Assembly (NCBI GenBank): GCA_965216755.1 | Contig: CBDCGL010000011.1 | Coordinates: 2,912,001-2,976,000, forward strand | DNA from: Alphaproteobacteria bacterium | Lineage (GTDB): Bacteria; Pseudomonadota; Alphaproteobacteria; UBA7887 | Reading direction: 5' to 3' | Length of the DNA: 64,000 bases | Notes under the pieces: model-generated | The model's input: the letters and a program-made list of their open reading frames with translations, nothing else | Told to the model about the DNA's origin: nothing | Database searches by the model: none | Shown here: piece after piece, positions 26,344-36,483 of the stretch | Position numbering within the stretch: the stretch's first letter is position 1 | Layout of the letters: each line of letters starts with the position of its first letter | Program-made: the position numbers and the translations under genes

Positions 26344-28854
26344 TTACAGCCCCCGTAATACCGCCATGGGCTTGCGCGTTAGCGCCCGCCAGGTGCCCAA
26401 GAAACCGACCAGCATTGTCAGACCGATGCCCAGCACGACGGTCGCCAACGCCTCGCGCGCCGTAAACACCCATGTCTCCTCCATAACGAAGGTGATGAAC
26501 GCCCAGGAGCCGCCAACACCGAGGGCCAGCGCGACCGCGCCGACCAAGACACCGAGCACGGCGAATTCAACCAGATAGTCACGCGCGATCTGGGCACGCG
26601 TCGCGCCCAGCACCTTGAATATCACCGCGTCGTATATGCGCCGGCGCCGATCGGCGGCCAACGCGCCACCCAGCACCAGGATACCGGCCAACACTGTGAC
26701 CCCGGCGGCGGCGCGCACGGCATCGGCGACCATTTCCACAACGCCGGCGACACTTTTCAGCAGGTCACGCACCGGAATCGCCGAAACATTGCTGAAGCCG
26801 TCGCCAATGGCGGCAACCAAGGGCACTTCCGCGGCGGGCGTCGCCTCGGCCGTGGCGACATGCGCATAGGGTGCGCCATCGAGCACGCCGGGGGACAAAA
26901 TGGCCAGAAAATTGATCCCCATTTCGCCCCAATCGATCCGCCGCAAGCTGGCGATTTCGGCGTCGATGGGTCGCCCCAACACGCTGAAGGTGATGCGATC
27001 GCCGACGGCCAAGCCCATGCCGGCGGCGCCTTCCTCACTGAACGAAACCAAGGGCGGACCATCATAGTCCGTGGGCCACCAATCGCCCGCGACCAGGCGC
27101 GCGCGTGGCGGTGGCGTCGCGGCAAAGGTCAGCCCGATATCGCCGCGCAGCATCCAACGCACGCCCGGGTCGACCGCGTCGACCGCCGCCGGGGCGCCGT
27201 TCAACGCCGTGACCCGACCGCGCAACATCGGCACCTGCTCGACCTTGCCGACGCCGTCGACGGCGCGTGCAATATTCATAAACTCGTCGATCTGGTCGCG
27301 TTGAATGTCGATGAAAAAGAACGCCGGGGCTTGGTCCGGCAACCGTTCGGTCAGGGTCCGCGCCAGATTGGCCTCGACCAGCGCGATCGCGACCAAAACG
27401 GTCAGGCCAACGCCGAGCGACGGCATGATTGTCGCCAGCGGACCGCCGGGACGGGCGAACCCGGCGACCACCCGCGACAAGGCCTTGCGGCGGTGGCGTA
27501 CCCGCCGGGCACCGCGACCCGTGGCCCACGCCACGGCGCGCAGGCACCCGAGCGAGACCACGATCGCCGCGACAAACCAAAGCGCCGCGACCGGGTCATT
27601 GGCGGTATCGATGGCGAGGGCAATGAGCGCGGCCAGCGCGACCCCGATCAGCACCAGCATCGGCCAGCGCGGGCGCGCCCGGTCGGTGGCCACCGGCCCC
27701 CGGAACAAGGTGGCCGCGCGTGTTTCACACGCCCGCGCCACCGGCCAAATAGTGAATACCAATGCGGTCAACAAGCCGAACGCCAAACCGCGCAAAACGG
27801 GCCCGGGGTAAATGCCGAACACCGGCTCGACCGGCAGCCGCGCGGCGACAAACGGCGCCAGGGCGATCGGCGCCAACGCGCCGATGGTGGCGCCCAAGAA
27901 ACATCCGACCGCCGCCACGATGGCGACCTGGATCAGATAGGCCCGAAATATCACCCGCCGGCTGGCACCAAGGCTCTTGAGAATGGCGATGGTCCGCGTA
28001 CGATCTTCCAAATGGGCGCGCACCGCCCCCGCGACGCCGATGCCGCCAACGATCAGGGCGGCCAAACCGACCAGCATCAAATACATGGTCAGGCGACTGA
28101 CGAAGCGCTGGAAACCGGGTTGGGCATTGCGGCTGTCGCGGATGCGCCATTCGGCCTCTGGAAATGTCGCGGTGACGTCTTCAACCCAGGCCGCCAAATC
28201 GGCGCCATCATTCAGCAAGACCCGGGCATAATAGCGAATCAGACTGCCCGGCTGGATCAGGCCGGTCGACTCCAAATCATCGCGGGCAATCATTAGGCGC
28301 GGGCCGAAGCTGAACGCGGTCGCAAGCCGGTCCGGTTCGCGTTCGATGACCGCGCGCACCACAAGGACGCGGTCGCCGACATCGATGCGGTCGCCGACGT
28401 CCAGATTCAGGCGGGTCAGCAGCGCCTGTTCGGCAACCGCGCCGCCGTCGGCCAGCGCGTCGGCGAGCGGCATGGCCGGCGCCAAGACCATGTTGCCGAC
28501 CAACGGGTAGAGCGAATCGACCGCTTTCAGCTCGGCCAGAACGCGCCGGTCGCCACCGCCACCGGATACCATGGTGCGCATGTGCGTGGTTTCGCTGACC
28601 GCCGCCACACGATCGCGCACCCATTCAAGACGCGCCGCCTCGATCGGCGCGTGGGTACGGCGCAGCTCGACATCGCCACCGAGCAAGGCGAGCGCGTCGG
28701 CGCGGAGGCCCTGCATCACCGACTCCGACACGGCGCCGACACCGGCAATCGCCGCCACGCCCAAGGCCAGGCAAGACAGTAAAACCGGCAAGGCGCGGAA
28801 ACCGCCGCGTAGCTCGCGCAGGGCGATGCGTGTGGCGATGGTCCAATCAGCCAT
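26344..28854 (-). CDS. ybbP: ABC transporter permease, FtsX/YbbP-like
   Basis: IALRELRGG, ELKAVD..YPL.G, IAILKSLGA, FFFIDIQ and FKVLGATR motifs. Confidence 0.88.
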   Translation of the reverse strand: MADWTIATRIALRELRGGFRALPVLLSCLALGVAAIAGVGAVSESVMQGLRADALALLGGDVELRRTHAPIEAARLEWVRDRVAAVSETTHMRTMVSGGGGDRRVLAELKAVDSLYPLVGNMVLAPAMPLADALADGGAVAEQALLTRLNLDVGDRIDVGDRVLVVRAVIEREPDRLATAFSFGPRLMIARDDLESTGLIQPGSLIRYYARVLLNDGADLAAWVEDVTATFPEAEWRIRDSRNAQPGFQRFVSRLTMYLMLVGLAALIVGGIGVAGAVRAHLEDRTRTIAILKSLGASRRVIFRAYLIQVAIVAAVGCFLGATIGALAPIALAPFVAARLPVEPVFGIYPGPVLRGLAFGLLTALVFTIWPVARACETRAATLFRGPVATDRARPRWPMLVLIGVALAALIALAIDTANDPVAALWFVAAIVVSLGCLRAVAWATGRGARRVRHRRKALSRVVAGFARPGGPLATIMPSLGVGLTVLVAIALVEANLARTLTERLPDQAPAFFFIDIQRDQIDEFMNIARAVDGVGKVEQVPMLRGRVTALNGAPAAVDAVDPGVRWMLRGDIGLTFAATPPPRARLVAGDWWPTDYDGPPLVSFSEEGAAGMGLAVGDRITFSVLGRPIDAEIASLRRIDWGEMGINFLAILSPGVLDGAPYAHVATAEATPAAEVPLVAAIGDGFSNVSAIPVRDLLKSVAGVVEMVADAVRAAAGVTVLAGILVLGGALAADRRRRIYDAVIFKVLGATRAQIARDYLVEFAVLGVLVGAVALALGVGGSWAFITFVMEETWVFTAREALATVVLGIGLTMLVGFLGTWRALTRKPMAVLRGL

Positions 28855-29518
28855 CGACACCCTCGGCCAGACGGCCGTCGACCATGCGCACGACCCGATC
28901 GCAGCGGTCAACCACCGCCGGATCGTGGGTGATGATCAGCAACGTGCCGCCACCGGCATCGTGTAACGCGAACAATGTGTCCAGAACTTGGGCGCCGGTC
29001 GCCTGGTCCAAATTGCCGGTCGGCTCGTCGGCCAGCAGCAGGGCCGGTTGGGCGACCACCGCGCGCGCCAAGGCGACCCGCTGTTGTTCGCCGCCTGACA
29101 ATTGCGCCGGATAGTGTTCGGCGCGACCGTCCAGCCCCACGGCCGTCAACGCCGTCGTTGCCGCATCGTGCGCGTCGGCGCGCCCGGCCAGCTCAAGCGG
29201 GGTCGCGACATTGTCGCGCGCGGTCATGGTCGGGATCAGGTGAAAGGCCTGAAAAACGATACCGATTTTGTCGCGGCGAAACCTGGCGAGCTGATCTTCG
29301 TCCATGGCCGTCAGATCTTGGTCCGCGACCCGGACCGCACCGCGGGTCGGCCGCTCCAGGCCGGCAGTCACCGCCATCAGCGTCGACTTGCCCGACCCCG
29401 ACGGACCGACCACGCCCAGGCTTTGGCCTGCCGGGACCTGTAAATCGATACCGCGCAGCACCGGCACGGCACCGGCGGCACTGCCAAAGGTCAAGTGAAT
29501 GTCGTCTAGATCGATCAT
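28847..29518 (-). CDS. ybbA: ABC transporter ATP-binding protein, YbbA-like
   Basis: GPSGSGKST, LSGGEQQRV, LLADEPTGNLD. Confidence 0.92.
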   Translation of the reverse strand: MIDLDDIHLTFGSAAGAVPVLRGIDLQVPAGQSLGVVGPSGSGKSTLMAVTAGLERPTRGAVRVADQDLTAMDEDQLARFRRDKIGIVFQAFHLIPTMTARDNVATPLELAGRADAHDAATTALTAVGLDGRAEHYPAQLSGGEQQRVALARAVVAQPALLLADEPTGNLDQATGAQVLDTLFALHDAGGGTLLIITHDPAVVDRCDRVVRMVDGRLAEGVDG

Positions 29519-29585
29519 CGAATATGCCGACTTTGTGGCGAGCGCGGGGCTGGACGCATTGGGCGTGGATCCCTATTCATGGGCT

Positions 29586-30275
29586 ATGTGGAGTTCTTAC
29601 GCAGCGCGACAAGCGGCGATCGCAGGGCGCGCCGCGACAAAGCGGTTTGTACACGCGCTATTGGTCGCCGCGGCCCTCGTCGCCGGGCTAGATGCCCGTG
29701 CCGATGACGGCCCGCGCATTGCCGTGTTGGGTGACAGCCTGACCGCCGGCTTCGGCCTGCTGGCCGAGCAAGCCTTTCCCGCGCTGTTGGAAGCACGCCT
29801 AAGAGAGGACGGCATTGCCGCAACCGTGTTGAACGCCGGCGTTTCGGGGGATACCACCGCCGGCGGTCTGGCCCGGCTTGACTGGGTGCTGGGGGACGAT
29901 GCGACCGCCGCGCCGGGTTACGTAATCGTGGCGTTGGGCGCCAACGACGCTTTGCGCGGCCTCGACCCCGACGCGGCGTACCAGAACCTCGCCGCCATCA
30001 TCGAGGAATTGCAGCGGCGCGGCATAGAAATCCTGCTGGCCGGCATGCGCGCGCCAGCCAGTATGGGCGCGGACTACGAAAACGCCTTCGTGGCGATCTT
30101 CCCGCGCTTGGCGCAGGCCTATGACGTGGCGCTGTATCCCTTTTTTCTCGATGGCGTCGCCACCGACCCGTCGCTCAACCAGGCCGATGGCATTCATCCC
30201 AACGAACTTGGCGTGACGATCATGGTCGACCGGATCCTGCCAACGGTCCGGGATTGGCTTGCCGCGCGCAACTGA
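29586..30275 (+). CDS. tesA: arylesterase/acyl-CoA thioesterase I (SGNH hydrolase)
   Basis: GDSLTAG, NAGVSGDTT, LGAND, DGIHPN; divergent from ybbA as expected; start uncertain. Confidence 0.88.
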   Translation: MWSSYAARQAAIAGRAATKRFVHALLVAAALVAGLDARADDGPRIAVLGDSLTAGFGLLAEQAFPALLEARLREDGIAATVLNAGVSGDTTAGGLARLDWVLGDDATAAPGYVIVALGANDALRGLDPDAAYQNLAAIIEELQRRGIEILLAGMRAPASMGADYENAFVAIFPRLAQAYDVALYPFFLDGVATDPSLNQADGIHPNELGVTIMVDRILPTVRDWLAARN

Positions 30276-30277
30276 TC

Positions 30278-30682
30278 TCACGGACCATCGCCGCGCCGTT
30301 CGATGGCGTCCATATCATCGTCGGAAAAGCCGAAATGGTGACCAATTTCGTGGATCAGCACGTGGCGGACGATCGCGTCGAGCGACTCATTGGTCTCGCA
30401 CCAATGATCCAAAATCGGCCGCCGATAGAGTGTGATCACATCGGGCCCGTCGCGGACATCGCCGACACTGCGTTCGGTCAACGCGACGCCATCATACAAA
30501 CCGAGCAAATCAAAGGGCGATTCGAGTCCCATATCGCGCTGCACCTGTTCGTCGGGGAACTCTTCGATGCGGATGACAACATCGCCGACATGGCCGCGCA
30601 ATGGCGCCGGAATCGTCGCCAGCGCCCGGTCGGCCATCTGTGCAATGTCGTTTGTTGATGGCGGATACATGGTGTGTACCAC
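30278..30682 (-). CDS. zincin-like metallopeptidase family protein
   Basis: LLGLYDG, ITLYRRPI and HEIGHHFG (HExxH). Confidence 0.88.
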   Translation of the reverse strand: MVHTMYPPSTNDIAQMADRALATIPAPLRGHVGDVVIRIEEFPDEQVQRDMGLESPFDLLGLYDGVALTERSVGDVRDGPDVITLYRRPILDHWCETNESLDAIVRHVLIHEIGHHFGFSDDDMDAIERRGDGP

Positions 30683-30707
30683 GCAAACATCCTATATTTG
30701 GGCGGTC

Positions 30708-31007
30708 ATGGTCAAAAAACTCACCGATGTGGAATTCGGCACGGCGTTGCGGTCATTGGCCGGTTGGGCGCCTGTCGCCGACCGCCACGCGATGACCAAG
30801 TCCTTCGTCTTCAACGATTTCAGCCAAGCGTTCGCCTGGATGGCGCGAGTCGCCTTGTTGGCCGAACGCATGGACCATCACCCGGAATGGTTCAATGTCT
30901 ACAATCGGGTTGATGTGACCCTGGCGACGCATGATGCCGGCGGCGTCAGCAGCCGTGATGTCGCCATGGCCGAGGCGATGGACGGCTACGCGGCGGGCGC
31001 ATCGTGA
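30708..31007 (+). CDS. phhB: pterin-4-alpha-carbinolamine dehydratase
   Basis: AERMDHHPEWFNVYNRV..L.THDAGG. Confidence 0.92.
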   Translation: MVKKLTDVEFGTALRSLAGWAPVADRHAMTKSFVFNDFSQAFAWMARVALLAERMDHHPEWFNVYNRVDVTLATHDAGGVSSRDVAMAEAMDGYAAGAS

Positions 31008-31369
31008 CCGATTTCGACCGCTGGTATTCGCGCTGGCGCGGCCGCCTGAGGGCAGTCGACGGCCGCACGCTGTTGCGAAAAGTGAAGGCGTTCGGCGCCA
31101 AAATTCCGTTCATCGAAGACGTTTTGGCTGCCTGGTACTGCGCGTTGGACCCGGCGACGCCAGCGCGGGTCAAAGCCGTTCTGATGGCTGCGATCGCCTA
31201 CTTCGTGCTGCCCGCCGATATGGTGCCCGACGTTGTGGTCGGGCTCGGCTTTACCGACGACGCCGCAGTGATGGCGGCCGCGATCACCGCGGTCAGCCGC
31301 CATATTCGGCCACGCCATCGACAGGCCGCGCGCGCTACCCTGCGAAATACCGTCCCAAATGCCCAATAA
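31004..31369 (+). CDS. YkvA/DUF1232 family protein
   Basis: D..TP..VK..L.AAIAYFVLP.D.VPD....LGFTDD. Confidence 0.85.
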   Translation: MTDFDRWYSRWRGRLRAVDGRTLLRKVKAFGAKIPFIEDVLAAWYCALDPATPARVKAVLMAAIAYFVLPADMVPDVVVGLGFTDDAAVMAAAITAVSRHIRPRHRQAARATLRNTVPNAQ

Positions 31370-31871
31370 GGCGCGCGGGCCCGCTGGGGCCGTGCGCCGG
31401 CCAGGCCTGATCGCGGGTCTGACCGAGGTGCCGACGCCGGCACTGATTTTGGGTCTGGCCGGACTGGCGCCGTTTCTATTGGGCGCCGGCGCCATGGCGC
31501 TCGGCAGTCCGACCGTGGTGGTCAACGCGTATCTGCATTTGTTGCGCTATGCGGCGATCATCCTGACCTATATCGGTGCGGTCCATTGGGGCTTGGCGGT
31601 CGCCGCCGGTGAAACCCGCTGGTGGTGGTACGCGGTTAGCATCCTACCGGCGCTGGTCGCATGGCTGGTGGTCAGCGTCGCCGGCCCGGTCTTTCAGTTC
31701 GGTGTGATGGCCATCGCCTATTTCGTCGTATTCATGGTCGATTTGCGCGCGGTCGAAGCCGGCTTGGCGCCGCGCTGGTATGCGAATCTGCGTAAGTTTC
31801 TGACCATCGCGGTGCTGCTGTGCTTCGGCGTGGTGCTGTGGGCGGTAACCCGATCCGCCAGCGGCGCCTAG
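31359..31871 (+). CDS. DUF3429 family membrane protein
   Basis: LG.AGL.PF, YAAIILTYIGAVHWG and P.WY..LR..LT patterns. Confidence 0.8.
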   Translation: MPNKARGPAGAVRRPGLIAGLTEVPTPALILGLAGLAPFLLGAGAMALGSPTVVVNAYLHLLRYAAIILTYIGAVHWGLAVAAGETRWWWYAVSILPALVAWLVVSVAGPVFQFGVMAIAYFVVFMVDLRAVEAGLAPRWYANLRKFLTIAVLLCFGVVLWAVTRSASGA

Positions 31872-31989
31872 GCGCGTGGCGGCATCACCACAACTAGAAC
31901 CTGAAAATTATCCAGAATAGGCCCTGACGATCGTGCCTCGCACGATCTATATCGAAAAATAATAGTTCTTTCGCGTAGGTCCGATCGTC

Positions 31990-33414
31990 ATGCGTGTTCT
32001 CGCCCTTGTTTTGCCCGCACTCGCGGCATTGCCATTGCTCTTGGTTGGATGTGCTGACGGCCCGCGACCCGCAAACAACCGTGCCTCAGTTGCAGCGCCC
32101 GAGCGGAGCGAACAGCCGGCAATTTGGTTTCGCATACGTCAAGAAGTCACAACCCATTACCGGGAGACCATCAGCGAATCTGCCGAAACCACAGTCGAAC
32201 GCGAAGAAGCCGAATATGTCGTGACAATAACCCCCGACATGATTTCATTGCGACGGGACCGAGGCGAAGTCATTTACGATTTCTTGGAGAATCAGATGGT
32301 CTCCATAGATCACGAAAAATATGAATACGATGAAGTCTCCTTGTATTCTGTTTTGGCATTTAATGACTATGAAAAAGTGTCAAGAGATCGCGGATATAGT
32401 GCTTTCATAAACCAAGATAGATCCGAAGAATTGCTTGGAACGCGACAGTTTGATTTGGAATCTCTATTTGGCGGCGATGTTAACGGCGAAGTTGGAAACG
32501 AAATAACGCGCGTGTTGGGTGAAAATTCGACAACCCTCTATTATGATGGCGAAGAAGTAACAAGGTTTAATTTGTCGGAACTCAAATTAGAAGAGCCACA
32601 TATAAATACATATCGAAAGTATCTCCTGTATGTGCACAGTCTGCATCCGGCAATCGTCGAACGGCTGATCGAAGGAGGTAGACTTTTTAACAACCTTTCA
32701 TACCGGACTTACCAAATCTCGCCATACCTGGTTGAGCGGAAGTTGGTCATGGTTGACCACGGTCGGCATAAACGAAAAAGTTCGTACCTGTCGGATGCTT
32801 ACGCACCAAAGACGAATGCTGAAAATAGGTTGGATCGCATAATCCAACAGTCTCGCATGAAACAGCCGACTGGGCTCGACATCCAAATGTCTGAACTGCA
32901 GCGTTTGCGCGAAGCAGGACAATACATGGATGCCAACGCCATTCTTCACAAGATTTGGCTTCAGCACGGTTTGCCGAAAGCGGGGAGGTGGCGGCACGAA
33001 ATGCAGCGTTTGTTTGATGAATCGCCTCGGGATGTGAGGCTACTAAACGCCGCAATTACGAGCCCACCGGAATCGGAAGATGGTTTGCGCCCGGCAATCG
33101 CTATCATCGATGCCGCAAGGTCAAGACTTGGCGAACGGGGTTACGTTCTGAATGTCTATATGGCCAACTACCATTTAGCGTTGAATGAAGCCAGAATAGC
33201 CGAAGATCTGATGCTCGAGGCGCTGGAGCAGAATCCATTCTTGGTCAGCGTCTACAACGACCTGGGTCAGGTTTATTTTCGCGCCTTCCAAATGCCGTCG
33301 GCGTGGGTCTGCTGGGATCGCATGCGCGAGATTGGTCCGAATCATGAGCAAGTTGCTGCGGTCAACGACTTGGAGCGACAAATCCGCCAGGCCCACCCGA
33401 GCTATTTCAACTGA
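31990..33414 (+). CDS. hypothetical lipoprotein with C-terminal TPR-like repeats
   Basis: Lipobox LVGC; C-terminal ALEQNP....YNDLGQVY...A..CW TPR-like segment; visibly AT-richer than neighbours. Confidence 0.7.
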   Translation: MRVLALVLPALAALPLLLVGCADGPRPANNRASVAAPERSEQPAIWFRIRQEVTTHYRETISESAETTVEREEAEYVVTITPDMISLRRDRGEVIYDFLENQMVSIDHEKYEYDEVSLYSVLAFNDYEKVSRDRGYSAFINQDRSEELLGTRQFDLESLFGGDVNGEVGNEITRVLGENSTTLYYDGEEVTRFNLSELKLEEPHINTYRKYLLYVHSLHPAIVERLIEGGRLFNNLSYRTYQISPYLVERKLVMVDHGRHKRKSSYLSDAYAPKTNAENRLDRIIQQSRMKQPTGLDIQMSELQRLREAGQYMDANAILHKIWLQHGLPKAGRWRHEMQRLFDESPRDVRLLNAAITSPPESEDGLRPAIAIIDAARSRLGERGYVLNVYMANYHLALNEARIAEDLMLEALEQNPFLVSVYNDLGQVYFRAFQMPSAWVCWDRMREIGPNHEQVAAVNDLERQIRQAHPSYFN

Positions 33415-33423
33415 TCGCCGCGC

Positions 33424-34335
33424 CTAAACCCGCCGCGATTCCAGGCGCGCGAGGGTCATGGTGCTGGCGATGATCACCGCAGCGCCGAGCAGGCTCCACC
33501 AGCCCGGCACTTCGCCAAACAGAAAGAAACCGAAAGCACCGGCAAAAATCAGCCTGGTGTAGTCGAACGGCGCCATCGCAGCGGCGTCGGCCATCGCCAG
33601 GCTGCGAATGGTGAAGGTTTGCGCCAGCACGCCGAGCACGCCGATCGTGCACAACAACGACAGTTCGGTCGGGGTCGGCGACCGCCACACCAGAAACGCG
33701 GGGATCGCGGCCAATATGGTCGAAAAGATGCCGAAATAGACCAGGATCGTGAGCGCGCCTTCGGTACGCGCCAAACGTTTGATGGTGATCTGGGTCAAGG
33801 CCATGAACAGGGCACCCAGCACCGCGATTGCGCCGGCCAGCTCCAGCCCGCCGGTCCCCGGGCGCGCCATGATCAGCACGCCGCCAAAGCCGACCAGGGT
33901 CGCCACGATCCGCGACCTGGTCGCGGCCTCGCCCAGCAAGACCACCGCCAAAAGAATCACAAACAGCGGCTTGGTAAAGCTGATCGCGACCGCGGCCGCC
34001 AAGGGCATGTGGCTGATGGCGTAAAAGGCGCACGCCATGGCGCCGACGCCGAGCCCGGCGCGCAGCACCAGCAAGCCCGGTTGGCGGGTACGCAAGACCG
34101 CGCCCCGACCGCGGACCACAAACGGCAACACGATGAGCAACCCAAACAGACAACGGAAAAAAGCGATTTGAAAACTGTCCAGTCGGCCGCCGAGCGATTT
34201 GACCACCGCCCCCATGCAGGAAAAGGTCACGGTCGCCAGCAGCATCCACAAGGCCCCGTGCACATTTGCCGACAGCCGCGCGACGGGCGCGACGGGCGCC
34301 GTGTCAGCCGAAGCTGCGTCGGCGGGGACGGTCAT
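33424..34335 (-). CDS. DMT/EamA family transporter
   Basis: About 10 hydrophobic segments; FFR, F..PLF...A...LGE, APFDY.RL. Confidence 0.88.
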   Translation of the reverse strand: MTVPADAASADTAPVAPVARLSANVHGALWMLLATVTFSCMGAVVKSLGGRLDSFQIAFFRCLFGLLIVLPFVVRGRGAVLRTRQPGLLVLRAGLGVGAMACAFYAISHMPLAAAVAISFTKPLFVILLAVVLLGEAATRSRIVATLVGFGGVLIMARPGTGGLELAGAIAVLGALFMALTQITIKRLARTEGALTILVYFGIFSTILAAIPAFLVWRSPTPTELSLLCTIGVLGVLAQTFTIRSLAMADAAAMAPFDYTRLIFAGAFGFFLFGEVPGWWSLLGAAVIIASTMTLARLESRRV

Positions 34336-35231
34336 TGCGGCGGCGCCGGCGGTGTTTGCGCGCGGCGCAAGGCCGCCTCGCGATGGGCGATATAGACCGA
34401 GCTGGCCACGATCACCGCGGCACCGATCCAGGTCCAGCGGTCGGGCACTTCGGCAAAGGCGAAATAGCCGATCAACGCGGCGAACGGCAGGCGCGTGAAA
34501 TCAAGCGGCAATACAGCGGTGATGTCGGCGACGGCGAAGCTGCGCACCACCGCCTGATGCCCCAGGGTCGCCACCAGGCCCAGACCGATCAGCCACAAGA
34601 ACTCGATCGCGCTGGGCGTGGTCCAGACAAAGACTGCCGGCACCAAGGCGATCGGGGTCAACAGGAACGCCAGCCAAAACACGATCGCGTTGGGATGCTC
34701 TGACCCGGCCAAGGTCTTGACGATGGTTTGGCTGACCGCCATCAACAGCGCCGCCGCCAGCACCATGATCGTGCCCGAGGTGAGCTCGACAAGACCAGGC
34801 CGCAAAATGATCATCGCGCCGAAAAAGCCGAGCGCCGTCGCCGTCCAACGGCGCGCCCGCATCACCTCGCCCAGCAACAACACCGCGGCGATCGAGGCGA
34901 ACAGCGGGGTGGTAAAGCTCAACGCCGTCGCTTCGGCCAGCGGCATCACACTGATGCCCGTGAACCACGCCATCATGGCGACCGCCGCGATCGCGGCACG
35001 CAGCACGTGAAGCCCGCGCCGCGCGGTGCGCAGCGACCCCAAGCCGCCCCGCATCAGCCACGGCGTCATCGCGATCATGCCGAACAAACAGCGGAAAAAC
35101 ACGATCAACAAAGGATCCAAACTCGCCGACAAGTGGCGCACGATGCCGTTCATCACCGAAAAGCACGCGCACGCCAGCAGCATCCACAGCGCACCGCGAA
35201 CCATCACGGGCGTCTCGTTGAGCCGCGCCAT
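34332..35231 (-). CDS. DMT/EamA family transporter (tandem paralogue)
   Basis: Same motifs (FFRCLFG, FTTPLF, LGE, PLDFTRL); start uncertain. Confidence 0.88.
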   Translation of the reverse strand: MARLNETPVMVRGALWMLLACACFSVMNGIVRHLSASLDPLLIVFFRCLFGMIAMTPWLMRGGLGSLRTARRGLHVLRAAIAAVAMMAWFTGISVMPLAEATALSFTTPLFASIAAVLLLGEVMRARRWTATALGFFGAMIILRPGLVELTSGTIMVLAAALLMAVSQTIVKTLAGSEHPNAIVFWLAFLLTPIALVPAVFVWTTPSAIEFLWLIGLGLVATLGHQAVVRSFAVADITAVLPLDFTRLPFAALIGYFAFAEVPDRWTWIGAAVIVASSVYIAHREAALRRAQTPPAPPQ

Positions 35232-35426
35232 CACTGCCAGCTTCTCCGGGAACATGGTCGCTAACCTAGGCGGTCCACGTCCCGCGCACCAGCACCGCTT
35301 TCGTCGCGCCGTCATGCCGGGCGACGCGATAACCGGCGCCAGGCCGGTCGCTGTTTACAAGTGCTTAAGTGCTGTGTGCCAGGGTGCGATCTGTGCAACG
35401 CGGACCCAGAAAAGGAGAATCGGCTC

Positions 35427-35732
35427 GTGACCGATACCGCAACCGCGACGGACGCCAACGAATATGGCGAAATGGAACGTCAAACGCTGGACGCCTTCAC
35501 CCGTTGGCATGCCTTCCATGAATCCCTGATCGATATGGGCGGATTTGCCAATTGGTTGTCTGGTGGCGAACACTCCATCGATCTGGTGACCTTTTTCGCC
35601 CTCGACAGCGAGAATACAGCCAGTTACAAGCAAGCACTCAGTGATCAAGCGGCCTTCCTGGACGGGCTCAAGCAGATGCTTGACGCAACCCGGGAAACGC
35701 TTGAAGGCTTCGAGGCCCAAAAGCAAAGCTAG
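35427..35732 (+). CDS. hypothetical acidic protein
   Basis: Strong AAAGGAG RBS before GTG 35427; fills the intergenic gap; no family recognised. Confidence 0.6.
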   Translation: MTDTATATDANEYGEMERQTLDAFTRWHAFHESLIDMGGFANWLSGGEHSIDLVTFFALDSENTASYKQALSDQAAFLDGLKQMLDATRETLEGFEAQKQS

Positions 35733-35776
35733 CGGCGTCGGCGACCACGGCCGATATTGCCGTGGTATGAGCGCCG

Positions 35777-36472
35777 ATGAACAAAGTCTACCCTGACGCC
35801 GCTGCCGCACTCGACGGACTGCTTCACGACGGCATGACCATCATGGCCGGCGGGTTTGGCCTGTGCGGTATTCCTGAGAACCTGATTTTGGCCCTGCGTG
35901 CCGCCGGCATAGGCAATCTCACTGTTATCAGCAACAATTGCGGGGTCGATGATTTCGGCCTTGGTCTGCTGCTGCAAACTCGCCAAATCAACAAGATGGT
36001 GTCGTCCTATGTGGGCGAGAACAAACTGTTTGAGCAGCAATATCTCGACGGCGATTTAGAGCTCGAGTTCAATCCACAAGGCACGCTGGCCGAGCGCATT
36101 CGCGCTGGCGGCGCCGGTATCGCGGCGTTCTTTACCCCCACAGGCGTTGGCACGATTGTTTCCGACGGCAAGGAAACTCGCGATTTCGGCGGTCGTACCT
36201 ATGTCATGGAGCGCGGCTTGACCGCCGATCTGGCCATCGTCAAGGCGTGGCGCGGCGATCGGCTGGGCAATCTGGTCTATCGTAAGACCGCGCGCAATTT
36301 TAACGCGCCCATGGCAACCGCCGGGCGCGTGACCGTGGCCGAAGTCGAAGAACTGGTCGACGTCGGCAGCCTGGACCCGGATCACATCCACACACCCGGG
36401 ATCTTTGTGCAGCGGGTTATCGCCGGTGCGACCTTTGAAAAACGCATTGAGCGACGTACGGTCAGAACATAA
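35777..36472 (+). CDS. scoA: succinyl-CoA:3-oxoacid CoA-transferase subunit A
   Basis: GGFGLCGIPENLI, SSYVGEN, PQGTLAERIRAGG. Confidence 0.92.
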   Translation: MNKVYPDAAAALDGLLHDGMTIMAGGFGLCGIPENLILALRAAGIGNLTVISNNCGVDDFGLGLLLQTRQINKMVSSYVGENKLFEQQYLDGDLELEFNPQGTLAERIRAGGAGIAAFFTPTGVGTIVSDGKETRDFGGRTYVMERGLTADLAIVKAWRGDRLGNLVYRKTARNFNAPMATAGRVTVAEVEELVDVGSLDPDHIHTPGIFVQRVIAGATFEKRIERRTVRT

Positions 36473-36483
36473 CGGAGGCGCCC

